From: Acetatifactor sp.
GTDB lineage: Bacteria; Bacillota; Clostridia; Lachnospirales; Lachnospiraceae
DNA: 64,000 nucleotides
Direction of reading: 5' to 3'
NCBI GenBank assembly: GCA_024695935.1
Contig: JAILHH010000001.1
Span: 990-64,989 of the forward strand
Each line of letters opens with the position of its first letter. The stretch's first letter is position 1. Of the stretch, positions 38,498-48,034 are shown piece by piece. Both the position numbers and the translations under genes were made by a program. Below the pieces are notes generated by a model. The model had not been told where the DNA came from. It searched no databases and worked only from the letters and a program-made list of their open reading frames with translations.

Positions 38498-39751
38498 ATG
38501 AAATTTTCCGTGCTTACCCTGTTCCCGCAAATGATCGAGGATGTTGTAAACACCAGCATCATCGGAAGGGCTAAAAAGAACAATTTAATAGATGTATCGG
38601 CTGTAAATATCAGGGATTTTTCCGATGACAGACATGGAAAGGTTGATGATTATACTTATGGCGGCGGAGCAGGTATGCTTATGCAGGCTGAACCTGTGTT
38701 TAAGGCCCATGGTTTTGCAACAGAGGGTAAAAAGGTCCGCACGGTTTACGTTACACCTCAGGGAAAGCCTTTTAACCAGGAAATGGCAAAGGATTTTGCC
38801 GGTGAAGATGAACTGGTCATAATATGCGGCCATTATGAGGGTATAGATGAGAGAGTTTTAGAGGAAGTTGTAACGGATTATGTCTCTGTGGGAGATTTTG
38901 TCTTAACCGGAGGAGAACTTGCTGCTCTTATCATAATTGATGCCACATCCAGATTTATAAACGGAGTTTTAAACAATGATGCATCCAGTGAGACAGAGTC
39001 CTTTCATCTGGATCTCTTAGAATATCCACAATATACCAGGCCGGAAGAGTGGCGCGGAAAGAGGGTTCCGGAAGTGCTCTTAACCGGAAATCATAAGGAC
39101 GTGGAAGCCTGGAGACTTGAAAAGTCAATAGAAAAGACAAAGGCTGTACGCCCGGATCTTTATCTTAATTATGAAAACAGACAAAATATCATAAACAAGC
39201 TTTCAAAGAAAAAGAGAAATAATATCTTTGCCATTGAATCCCTTAAAAGCGGCAGAGGGACGGTTTTTTATGAGGATGAAAATTTCCTTTTGATAAGAGA
39301 AACCGAAGGCGTATTTTTGGAAGTTACATATACAAATACAGAAAAAATGGCTGATGCAGAAAGTATTTATGAAGGCCTGCTTGGTAATCTCTCAGGGAAA
39401 ATACGCTTTTTATATACAACGGATCCTTTATTGAAGACAGTTTTCGAAAAGAAACAGTTATTTAGCGGATTTAAAGCTTTTGACATGTTTTGTTATACAG
39501 TCAGAGAAAATCTGAAATGTAAGACGAATTCCTATGACAGGGATATTTATGATCTTAATGAGATCATGGGAATAACAGTAAAAAAAGAAATGAGCAAGGG
39601 TGACGAGGCAGGCCTGTCATTTCTTATAAACAGCTTAAAGACATCAGGAACTCCTTTTGTCTTTTGCACAGGCGAAAATAACCGTATTATCCTGGAAAAA
39701 CTCGGTCTTTACAGAGCGGACAGAGAGATATTTGTGTTTACAAATAGATAG
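38498..39751 (+). CDS. trmD: tRNA (guanine37-N1)-methyltransferase TrmD with an unusual C-terminal extension of about 170 aa
   Basis: The N-terminal 235 aa are canonical TrmD (MKFSVLTLFPQM..., GGGAGM, ICGHYEGIDERV). Residues after about 240 have no TrmD counterpart. Confidence 0.85.
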   Translation: MKFSVLTLFPQMIEDVVNTSIIGRAKKNNLIDVSAVNIRDFSDDRHGKVDDYTYGGGAGMLMQAEPVFKAHGFATEGKKVRTVYVTPQGKPFNQEMAKDFAGEDELVIICGHYEGIDERVLEEVVTDYVSVGDFVLTGGELAALIIIDATSRFINGVLNNDASSETESFHLDLLEYPQYTRPEEWRGKRVPEVLLTGNHKDVEAWRLEKSIEKTKAVRPDLYLNYENRQNIINKLSKKKRNNIFAIESLKSGRGTVFYEDENFLLIRETEGVFLEVTYTNTEKMADAESIYEGLLGNLSGKIRFLYTTDPLLKTVFEKKQLFSGFKAFDMFCYTVRENLKCKTNSYDRDIYDLNEIMGITVKKEMSKGDEAGLSFLINSLKTSGTPFVFCTGENNRIILEKLGLYRADREIFVFTNR

Positions 39752-39795
39752 ATGACCGTTATTAATTTGCGTATTTTTATATATTAACAAATTGA

Positions 39796-41316
39796 ATGCA
39801 AAATGATACAATAGATACTAAGTATTCAGAAAATATTTACTTGAAAGGGTATGGTGAATCTATGTTAAGCAAAGAGCAGTATCTAAGTATCGACAAAAGA
39901 GTATTTATTGTAATCATGGTCATGTCGTTTTACATGATCCTGTCAAAGATCTATCCATTTACCAACGGAACCGCAGCGGGAACGGATCTGTTTCAGCTGA
40001 TATTCGTTGTTTTGATGTGTGTAATTTCAATCGAAGGTTATGTGGGATTTCGTGGTAAGAGGATCAGCGGTTCTCTTATGACCGGTCCCGCGGCTTTATC
40101 TTTTGCAGTTCTTTTGATCCTGGGCACAGAGGAAAGTATTTTCGTTTATGCATTTCCCGTTCTTATTGCTTCCATTATGTATATGAATAAAAGGTTTGCC
40201 GTTGTGGGATCCCTTATTATTTTAGTGGCAAATCTGGTTAAATCCGTAACGACGGCGGTGCTTCATATTCAGAATACGGGAAGCCCGGAGCTTCGTTGGA
40301 TTATATCCGTAATTGTATGTATCGGTGTATATGTGGTTATGGATATTTCAGAGAAGTTTAATCTGGGAAGGATTCAAGAGGCTGAAAGAGCCGCTCAGAT
40401 TCAAAAGGAAAACATCGATAAGATGAATGCCACCGCAGATCAGATCAATACCAGTTTTGAACAGGCAAATGATTCTCTGGTGGATCTGATGGATTGTATC
40501 AATTCCAGCGACATTTCCACTCAGAATATTGCAGCGGGAATGCGTACAGCTTCCACAGCGGTTGCGGAACAGTCAGGTATGTGTGATGAGATCCAGAAAA
40601 ATACGGATAAGGCAAAAGAAGAAAACAGTAAGGTCAAGGAAATTTCTGATGTTACCGCAGACAATGTTGCCGCAGGTGCAAAACTTATGCGTGATCTGAA
40701 GGCACAGGCCGCAGATGTGGAAAATACCAGCAAGGCTACTTATGAAGCTACTACCAGACTTACATCAAAGGTTGATGAAGTACAGAATATAATCGGAGAT
40801 ATTTTGAATATTTCCTCACAGACTAATCTTCTTGCATTAAATGCTTCCATCGAGGCGGCAAGGGCCGGAGAAGCGGGAAGAGGATTTGCCGTTGTGGCAG
40901 ATGAGATCAGACAGCTTTCAGAGCAGACCAAATCTGCAACCGAAAAGATTACAAATATCATCGGAGAACTGATATCGGATGCAAAGGTTGCGGGGGACAG
41001 CGTAGAACATTCTGTTGAAACCATTGCAAAGCAGACGGAAATGATCGATGTCACCGAAGAGAAATTCCAGGTTATTGATGCTCAGGTTGTAGATTTGAAG
41101 AACAGTATCGAAAGCATGGATAAGTCCATGATGGATATAGTTCAGGCCACTGATGTCATCGCAAACAATATCAGCAATCTCTCAAGCACCACGGATTCAG
41201 TTACTCAATCCACCAACGATGGCACAGAAAAGAGCCGTGAAGCTGTTAAAAAGATGGAAGAGTGTGTTGAGAAACTTGCAAACATCAGCAAGCTTGCCGA
41301 GTCGCTGAAAAGCTGA
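39796..41316 (+). CDS. Methyl-accepting chemotaxis protein with a multi-TM N-terminal sensor region (about 5-6 TM helices)
   Basis: The C-terminus has the MCP signalling-domain core [34 protein letters not shown]. The start is uncertain (39796 or 39862). Confidence 0.85.
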   Translation: MQNDTIDTKYSENIYLKGYGESMLSKEQYLSIDKRVFIVIMVMSFYMILSKIYPFTNGTAAGTDLFQLIFVVLMCVISIEGYVGFRGKRISGSLMTGPAALSFAVLLILGTEESIFVYAFPVLIASIMYMNKRFAVVGSLIILVANLVKSVTTAVLHIQNTGSPELRWIISVIVCIGVYVVMDISEKFNLGRIQEAERAAQIQKENIDKMNATADQINTSFEQANDSLVDLMDCINSSDISTQNIAAGMRTASTAVAEQSGMCDEIQKNTDKAKEENSKVKEISDVTADNVAAGAKLMRDLKAQAADVENTSKATYEATTRLTSKVDEVQNIIGDILNISSQTNLLALNASIEAARAGEAGRGFAVVADEIRQLSEQTKSATEKITNIIGELISDAKVAGDSVEHSVETIAKQTEMIDVTEEKFQVIDAQVVDLKNSIESMDKSMMDIVQATDVIANNISNLSSTTDSVTQSTNDGTEKSREAVKKMEECVEKLANISKLAESLKS

Positions 41317-41447
41317 AATCGCCGAATATTTTGAAAAATGCTTGCAATTTATAATGTCTTATGATAACATACCAATGTTGTCAAAAATCAGATGGTCCTC
41401 TGTTACTATATGTATTAAGAACATCCCATTTATCAAGGAGGCTTATA

Positions 41448-41795
41448 ATGAGCGATATTATTAAAGAGATCGAAGCAGCACAGCTTAAAGAGAACATTGA
41501 TGATTTCAATGTAGGTGATACTGTAAAAGTTTACGGTAAGATCAAAGAGGGTAACCGTGAGAGAATCCAGGTTTTCGAGGGTACTGTTCTCAAGAGACAG
41601 GGCGGAAGCAACAGAGAGACTTTCACAGTCAGAAAGTTCTCAAACGGTGTTGGTGTTGAGAAGACTTGGCCTTTACATTCTCCCAATGTAGAGAAGATCG
41701 AGGTTGTCAGACGTGGTAAGGTTAGACGTGCTAAGCTTAACTACTTAAGAGACCGTATCGGTAAGAAGGCTAAAGTTAAGGAACTTGTTAAATAA
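41448..41795 (+). CDS. rplS: 50S ribosomal protein L19
   Basis: [14 protein letters not shown]...; start at the ATG with RBS aaggagg; the upstream ORF extension was rejected. Confidence 0.93.
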   Translation: MSDIIKEIEAAQLKENIDDFNVGDTVKVYGKIKEGNRERIQVFEGTVLKRQGGSNRETFTVRKFSNGVGVEKTWPLHSPNVEKIEVVRRGKVRRAKLNYLRDRIGKKAKVKELVK

Positions 41796-41807
41796 TATAA
41801 GCAAGCC

Positions 41808-41840
41808 AAAGGGCAACTACTTTTGTAGTTGTCCTTTTTA
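41808..41840 (+). terminator. Terminator after rplS
   Basis: aaagggcaactac-ttttg-tagttgtccttttt. Confidence 0.8.
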
Positions 41841-41900
41841 TTTTCAGCAATATATGGTATACTTTTTCTTGGTAAAATACAAAAGTTTAAGGATGAAATT

Positions 41901-42479
41901 ATGGCACGCAACAAGGGATTAAGCTTTTATCGCAGAAAGAAGAAAATTAATAACGCCGTCATAAGAGAGATCTTTAACTGGTTCTTCGGTATTTTCGCTT
42001 CGGTTTTTCTGGCCCTTGTGGGAGTATATTTCTTTGGAATGAGCGTCAATGTGGTGGGTATTTCCATGGAGGATACTCTTTATAATGCTCAAAAGATCTT
42101 AGTCAACAGATTCGTCTATATAATAACTTCTCCCAAGATAAATGATTGTGTTGTATTCCTCCCAAAGGGTAATGAAAATACCCATTATTATGTAAAAAGA
42201 GTCGTGGGTGTGCCGGGGGATACTCTCTATATCGCGGACGGTGTACTGTATGTTAACGGCAAGCCTTCGGAGCTTTATGAAAACGGTATTTCCGATCCCG
42301 GAATATTATCAGTGGAATTGACTCTAAAGAGCGGAGAATATTTTTGTATAGGTGATAATCCGGATAATTCCGAAGATTCCAGAAGTGCCAACATAGGCGT
42401 CGTAAGAGACGAATATCTGGTGGGAAAAGCCTGGTTCAAATTCAAATGTCCGGGCGGAAAAGCCGGATTTATAGACTGA
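41901..42479 (+). CDS. lepB: Signal peptidase I (paralog 1)
   Basis: GISMEDTL (Ser box), YVKRVVGVPGDT (Lys box), GDNPDNSEDSR. Confidence 0.88.
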   Translation: MARNKGLSFYRRKKKINNAVIREIFNWFFGIFASVFLALVGVYFFGMSVNVVGISMEDTLYNAQKILVNRFVYIITSPKINDCVVFLPKGNENTHYYVKRVVGVPGDTLYIADGVLYVNGKPSELYENGISDPGILSVELTLKSGEYFCIGDNPDNSEDSRSANIGVVRDEYLVGKAWFKFKCPGGKAGFID

Positions 42480-42513
42480 TATTACAAATTACATTTTGAT
42501 AAAGGAAATATAG

Positions 42514-43401
42514 ATGAGTGAGAATAAAACTACCATAAACTGGTTTCCGGGTCATATGACCAAGGCCAAGAGGATGATGGAGGAGAATATCAAGCTGATC
42601 GACTTGGTCATAGAGCTGGTTGATGCAAGAGTCCCTCTCTCCAGCAGAAATCCCGATATCGACAAGATGGCCGCAAACAAATACAGAATTGTTCTGTTAA
42701 ATAAATCCGATATGGCAGATCCAAGGGCAACGTCCGAATGGATCTCGTATTTTGAAAAACAGGGCTGTATCACGGCAGAGATAAATTCAAAGACCGGTGC
42801 AGGTGTTAAAAATATCCAGTCCCTGGTGCAGGCTGCCTGCAAGGAAAAGATCGAAAAGAATTTAAAGCGCGGCATCAAAAACAGGCCCATCAGAGCAATG
42901 ATCGTTGGCATACCCAATGTGGGAAAATCCACATTTATCAATGCTTTTGTCGGTAAGGCTGCCACAAAGACAGGTAATAAGCCCGGTGTCACAAAGGGTA
43001 AACAGTGGATTGCAAAGGGAAAAGATCTGCAGCTACTGGATACTCCCGGAATCCTGTGGCCAAAGTTCGAAGATCAGGAAGTGGGCAGAAGGCTTGCTTT
43101 TATAGGTTCTATCAACGATGAGATCATCTATACGGATGAACTTGCATGCGACCTTTTGGAATATCTTAAAAAACTCTATCCTGACTCTTTAAAGGACAGA
43201 TATGGCATCGATTCTTTTGACCTCACCCCTGTGGAAATATTAAAGGAGATCGCTCTTGTCAGAAAGGCGATCCTAAAAGGAAAAGAGCCTGATATCAATA
43301 AGGCTGCAGGCATACTTATCGATGATTTTCGAAGCGGGAAACTGGGGCGCATCTCTTTAGAAAGGCCAAATAAAAAACTCGGAGGAATTAACCTAGCATG
43401 A
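42514..43401 (+). CDS. rbgA: Ribosome biogenesis GTPase A (YlqF)
   Basis: Circularly permuted GTPase; NWFPGHM, G4 motif NKSD before G1 motif GIPNVGKST. Confidence 0.92.
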   Translation: MSENKTTINWFPGHMTKAKRMMEENIKLIDLVIELVDARVPLSSRNPDIDKMAANKYRIVLLNKSDMADPRATSEWISYFEKQGCITAEINSKTGAGVKNIQSLVQAACKEKIEKNLKRGIKNRPIRAMIVGIPNVGKSTFINAFVGKAATKTGNKPGVTKGKQWIAKGKDLQLLDTPGILWPKFEDQEVGRRLAFIGSINDEIIYTDELACDLLEYLKKLYPDSLKDRYGIDSFDLTPVEILKEIALVRKAILKGKEPDINKAAGILIDDFRSGKLGRISLERPNKKLGGINLA

Positions 43402-43937
43402 ATAAGGTTTTAAAGGAATTGTTGAGCACTGCATTATATATACTTTTTATTCTCTTTGTAACATATATCGTTATCACTTATGTGGGACAGAGAACACTGG
43501 TTGAAGGCACCAGTATGATGAACACTTTAAGCGACGGGGATAATCTATGGGTTGATAAACTGTCCTACAGATTTAAGGATCCGGAGAGGTTTGATATTGT
43601 GGTATTTCCGCCCAGAAGCGACCTCTCAACCCATTATATCAAGAGAATAATCGGTCTTCCGGGAGAGACTGTAAGGATCGATGAAGAGGGATATATATAT
43701 ATTAACGGAGAGATCCTTGACGAGAGTTTCGGCAGAGAAGTTATAAGGGAAGATATGCGTGGAAGAGCTGAAAATGATGTTATCCTCGGACCGGATGAAT
43801 ATTTTGTCATGGGAGATAACAGAAATGAAAGCCTTGACTCAAGATTTGATATAGTCGGAAATATCAAACGAAATGAACTTACCGGAAAAGGAGCATTCCG
43901 GATCTGGCCTTTAAATAAATGGGGTAAGGTTAACTAA
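43398..43937 (+). CDS. lepB: Signal peptidase I (paralog 2)
   Basis: GTSMMNTL, IKRIIGLPGET, GDNRNESLDSR; overlaps the rbgA stop by 4 nt. Confidence 0.88.
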   Translation: MNKVLKELLSTALYILFILFVTYIVITYVGQRTLVEGTSMMNTLSDGDNLWVDKLSYRFKDPERFDIVVFPPRSDLSTHYIKRIIGLPGETVRIDEEGYIYINGEILDESFGREVIREDMRGRAENDVILGPDEYFVMGDNRNESLDSRFDIVGNIKRNELTGKGAFRIWPLNKWGKVN

Positions 43938-44693
43938 ATGGAAAGTGCAAGCAAGATCAAAGAAATATTAAAGGCTTCTTCCGATAATGAGTTGCCTGAA
44001 CTTATAAAAGAATTTGAAAACGATGACAGAAAAGCTGTTGTTACTCTGGTTGAAGCGGCTAAAAAGAGACTGCAAAAACTGGAGATAGAAAAAAAGCGTA
44101 TAGAAAAGCTGTGGGAATTTGAGAGAAAATATCCTGACTATGAATTTATCTGCGGAATAGACGAGGTGGGGAGAGGACCCCTGGCGGGGCCCGTTGTGGC
44201 CGGAGCAGTCATACTTCCAAAGGATTGTGACATTCTCTATGTTAATGATTCAAAGAAATTATCCGAAAAAAAGAGAGAAGAGCTCTATAGCATTATTGAG
44301 GAAAAAGCCATAAGCGCAGCGGTCGGATTTGCATCCCCCGAGAGGATAGATGAGATCAACATCCTGCAGGCAACCTACGAGGCAATGAGAGAAGCGATTT
44401 CAAAACTTTCACCTGCCCCGGATCTTTGTCTTAATGACGCCGTAAAGATTCCCGGTATCGATATAAAGCAGGTACCCATCATAAAAGGTGATGCGAAAAG
44501 CATTTCCATCGGTGCGGCCAGCATTTATGCCAAGGTTACCAGGGACAGGATGATGGTGGATTATGATTATGTATATCCCGAGTACGGATTTGCTTCAAAT
44601 AAGGGATACGGCAGTGCAGAGCATATTGCGGCATTGCAAAAATACGGTCCCACTCCCATCCACAGGAAAACTTTTATAACACATTTTATCTAG
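43938..44693 (+). CDS. rnhB: Ribonuclease HII
   Basis: ICGIDEVGRGPLAGPVV. Confidence 0.93.
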   Translation: MESASKIKEILKASSDNELPELIKEFENDDRKAVVTLVEAAKKRLQKLEIEKKRIEKLWEFERKYPDYEFICGIDEVGRGPLAGPVVAGAVILPKDCDILYVNDSKKLSEKKREELYSIIEEKAISAAVGFASPERIDEINILQATYEAMREAISKLSPAPDLCLNDAVKIPGIDIKQVPIIKGDAKSISIGAASIYAKVTRDRMMVDYDYVYPEYGFASNKGYGSAEHIAALQKYGPTPIHRKTFITHFI

Positions 44694-44702
44694 GAAGATC
44701 AT

Positions 44703-46460
44703 ATGAATTTGAGCGAATTGTTCTTTGGAAACAATCAAATATCGAATTCAATTCAAACACCCGCCGGCGAGTCGTATCAGTCAAAGATCGATGCCGGTGC
44801 GGCTTTGACTCGTACAATCATGTCTTTGATCCCCGGTTCTACCATTACAGGTGAAATCCTCTCAAGAGAAAACGATCTGGCAGAGGTAAAAATAGCCGGA
44901 GATATGATCCTGAATGCAAAGATAGATGCTTCTATCAGTCTGGAGACAGGAAAACCCATAACATTTGAAGTAAAAAACAACGGACGAAACCTAAGCCTTT
45001 CTCCTTTGTTTACAAATACAGCGTCATCTCAGACAGCGACGAAAGCACTTAACATGGCATCACTTCCTGTAAATGACATTACTCTTGCCATGACAAGAAA
45101 TATGATGGGTAAGGGTATGAGTATCGACATAAACTCACTTCAAAATACTTACAAGGACATCATAAATTTCGGAAATGACAAAATGGACAGTATCATTTCA
45201 CTCCGTGAGATGAACTGCCCGGTAAACGAAAAGACTTTGCAGGAATACAAGGCCGTATCAGAACTTGAGTTTAAAATGGAGGAGGGTTTTGCAAAAACCT
45301 TTGACAGCCTTAGGAATGTATTTAATTCTCTTTCTGAAGGCGGAAATACCAAAGAGGCTGTAAGCCTGTTAAACGATCTTCAAAACCTGTATGAAACCTT
45401 TAAATCCGAGAGTGAAGTTAATAATGTCAATGGAGAGCAGGTTAAAAACCTATTGCCTGATGGAGACACTGCTGAAACCGGTTTTACTTTAAAACCGGCT
45501 TCGGAACCTGTAAATAACGGAAATACCTTAGAAACAGTATCAAATGAATCAGGAAAGACTCTCCTAAATGAGGGCGGGGATCTTAATACTCTTGATACCG
45601 CAAAAGGAACTGTCGGTGATAAGGGGAGCCTGATTTCATCGGATCCTTACGGCTTGGAGAAAACTTACGGATCTGCCGATCCTGATAATAAAATTAAGTC
45701 TGAAAATATAAATCCTAATGAGAAAAACGGTAACAATGGATCAGGGATTATCAAAAATAACGGTTCGTATTTTTCGGGAGAAGTATTTAATGAGATTCCG
45801 GATAAAGAAACCGTGGATAAGTTTTTTGATAAATTAAAGACCATGGTTCATTTAAATGAAAAGGAACTTGCCTCAAAAGAGGAGGTCAGGGAACATTTTT
45901 CAAAGGTTTCCAAGATGGGAGACTCCCTTGGAAAGATACTCGATAATCTGGAAGTGACTGACAGGACCGCTGCACTTTTAAAAGAAACCGTTACAGGAAT
46001 GAACAATCTTTCCGAAAACCTGGAGTTCATAAATCAGTTTAATAATCTCTATACATTTATGCAGATGCCTTTTAAATCTCTTGACGGACAAGAGGACGGA
46101 GATCTGTATATATATGCCAATAAAAAGCATCTTGCGGACAGCGACGGCACCATTACCGCCTTCCTTCATTTAAAGACCAACAATATGGGTCCTGTTGACG
46201 TGTATGTGGCCATGACGGGCGAAAATATATCCACTGATTTTTATGTTGAAAATGACCGTATTTTGGACTTTTTAGAGGCCAATATGGATCTGTTAAACAG
46301 GAGACTGACTGAAAAAGGATATAATCTTGAAGTGAACGCTTCCCTTTCAAAGGACATGAAGAATAATCCTGCCTTCCCCGGTTCGATGCAAGGTAACGGT
46401 ACCGGTGAAGCAGGAAAAAATGTTCCTTCCGGAGAGTATTCCTTTGATGTAAGGACATGA
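44703..46460 (+). CDS. YlqG-like protein with a FliK-type hook-length-control C-terminal domain
   Basis: The C-terminus (DGDLYIYANKK...AFLHLKT...VDVYV) looks like the FliK C-terminal fold. Its position after rnhB matches B. subtilis ylqG. Confidence 0.6.
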   Translation: MNLSELFFGNNQISNSIQTPAGESYQSKIDAGAALTRTIMSLIPGSTITGEILSRENDLAEVKIAGDMILNAKIDASISLETGKPITFEVKNNGRNLSLSPLFTNTASSQTATKALNMASLPVNDITLAMTRNMMGKGMSIDINSLQNTYKDIINFGNDKMDSIISLREMNCPVNEKTLQEYKAVSELEFKMEEGFAKTFDSLRNVFNSLSEGGNTKEAVSLLNDLQNLYETFKSESEVNNVNGEQVKNLLPDGDTAETGFTLKPASEPVNNGNTLETVSNESGKTLLNEGGDLNTLDTAKGTVGDKGSLISSDPYGLEKTYGSADPDNKIKSENINPNEKNGNNGSGIIKNNGSYFSGEVFNEIPDKETVDKFFDKLKTMVHLNEKELASKEEVREHFSKVSKMGDSLGKILDNLEVTDRTAALLKETVTGMNNLSENLEFINQFNNLYTFMQMPFKSLDGQEDGDLYIYANKKHLADSDGTITAFLHLKTNNMGPVDVYVAMTGENISTDFYVENDRILDFLEANMDLLNRRLTEKGYNLEVNASLSKDMKNNPAFPGSMQGNGTGEAGKNVPSGEYSFDVRT

Positions 46461-46548
46461 CAAGCCGGATAAAAGAGCATTAACAAAAGTCCATCGGTAT
46501 TTAAGGGTTAGTTTTTATATATTTTAATTCGATTTTAGAGGGAAAAAT

Positions 46549-46839
46549 ATGAGTGATTCAAATAAGCAAAAGAGAGCGGTTGCTCTGGGGTATGATCCTT
46601 CGGATGAAGCACCAAAAGTTTTGGCAACGGGAACCGGAGTCCTTGCGGAAAAGATCATAGATAAAGCAAAAGAGAGCGAAGTGCCCGTTCACAGGGATGA
46701 TAAACTGGCAGAAAATCTTGCAAATCTGGATGTTGGAGAGTACATTCCTCCTGAGTTATATGAGGTTGTGGCAGAAATATTGGTATTTGTAAATTCTGTG
46801 GACAATAAACTTGACAGGATAAAGGATAAGGTCAGATGA
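46549..46839 (+). CDS. FlhB C-terminal-domain-like protein (YlqH/EscU-YscU family fragment)
   Basis: 96 aa; KRAVALGYDP...APKVLATGTG...VPVHRDDKLA resembles the FlhB C-terminal autocleavage domain (here NPSD is replaced by DPSD). Confidence 0.75.
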   Translation: MSDSNKQKRAVALGYDPSDEAPKVLATGTGVLAEKIIDKAKESEVPVHRDDKLAENLANLDVGEYIPPELYEVVAEILVFVNSVDNKLDRIKDKVR

Positions 46840-47228
46840 CAAATACCCGTGAGATCGGCTCAAATAAAGAGAATATTGCCAGGATGTTTTTGGAGCAAAA
46901 TAATGTAAAGATCCTCGAACAAAATTTCTATTTTCACAAGCTTGGAGAGATCGACCTGATCGGCAGAGTCACCGAAAATGTCACAACTCCCATTGTTAAC
47001 AGATCCGTCGAATATCTGGTGTTTTTTGAAGTGAAATTCAGAAAAGACTGCGGACACGGATATGCAGCCTTTGCGGTAAATAAAAAGAAGCAGGCACAGA
47101 TAATCCGCGTGGCTGAAGGGTACTTGAAAGCAAAGGGCATAAATGGTAATATACCTATACGTTTTGATGTAATAGCAATTGACGGTGAAAAAATCAACTG
47201 GATAAAAAATGCCTTTGGGCGTTCATAA
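46836..47228 (+). CDS. YraN family (UPF0102) endonuclease
   Basis: GEIDLIG...VFFEVKFR motifs; 130 aa; overlaps the previous stop (ATGA). Confidence 0.85.
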   Translation: MTNTREIGSNKENIARMFLEQNNVKILEQNFYFHKLGEIDLIGRVTENVTTPIVNRSVEYLVFFEVKFRKDCGHGYAAFAVNKKKQAQIIRVAEGYLKAKGINGNIPIRFDVIAIDGEKINWIKNAFGRS

Positions 47229-47335
47229 TATTTTGAATAATATTAATACTAAATTAAGCAATATTTATAAAAATTCACAAACCAGTATGGGATAATCTTT
47301 TCGATATATCATTTCTTTAGGGGAAAGGAAACAGT

Positions 47336-48031
47336 ATGAGTAATATTTTAGTGTGTGATGATGATGCAGAGATCGTAGAAGCCATAGAGATTTATTTAAA
47401 GCAGGAAGGTTACAATATCTTTAAGGCTTATGACGGAATAAAAGCTCTGGAGATAATCCAGAATGAGGATATTCATCTCATAATCATGGATGTTATGATG
47501 CCAAAACTGGACGGTATCAGAGCTACGCTTAAGATCAGGGAAAACAGTTCTGTGCCCATCATAATGCTTTCTGCAAAGAGTGAGGATACGGATAAGATTC
47601 TGGGCCTTAATATCGGTGCGGATGATTATATTTCAAAGCCCTTTAATCCATTGGAACTTATTGCCAGGGTTAAATCAAATTTAAGGCGTTATACAAGTCT
47701 TGGAAGCATCAATCAGAGCAATAAATCAGTTTATAAAGTGGGGGATCTGGTGATCGATGATGAGACCAAGTCCGTTACCGTTGACGGAGATAAGGTAAAG
47801 CTTACTCCCATTGAGTTTAACATCCTGCTTTTATTGGTAAAGAATGCAGGCATAGTATTTTCCATCGATCAGATCTATGAAAAGATCTGGAATGAGGATG
47901 CCATCGGAGCGGACAATACGGTTGCCGTTCATATCAGACATATCAGGGAAAAGATAGAGATCAATCCAAAGGAACCCAAATATTTGAAGGTTGTCTGGGG
48001 CGTCGGTTACAAAGTGGAAAAACAGGATTAG
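47336..48031 (+). CDS. OmpR-family two-component response regulator
   Basis: Receiver domain (ILVCDDD...DVMMPKLDG...KPF) plus winged-helix trans_reg_C (VHIRHIREKIE...YLKVVWGVGYK). Confidence 0.9.
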   Translation: MSNILVCDDDAEIVEAIEIYLKQEGYNIFKAYDGIKALEIIQNEDIHLIIMDVMMPKLDGIRATLKIRENSSVPIIMLSAKSEDTDKILGLNIGADDYISKPFNPLELIARVKSNLRRYTSLGSINQSNKSVYKVGDLVIDDETKSVTVDGDKVKLTPIEFNILLLLVKNAGIVFSIDQIYEKIWNEDAIGADNTVAVHIRHIREKIEINPKEPKYLKVVWGVGYKVEKQD

Positions 48032-48034
48032 TAT

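Noticed and set aside
41361-41447. N-terminal extension of rplS ([15 protein letters not shown]...)
   Set aside because: The extension covers the likely promoter and leader. A canonical L19 N-terminus (MSDIIKEIE) follows a strong AAGGAGG RBS at 41448.
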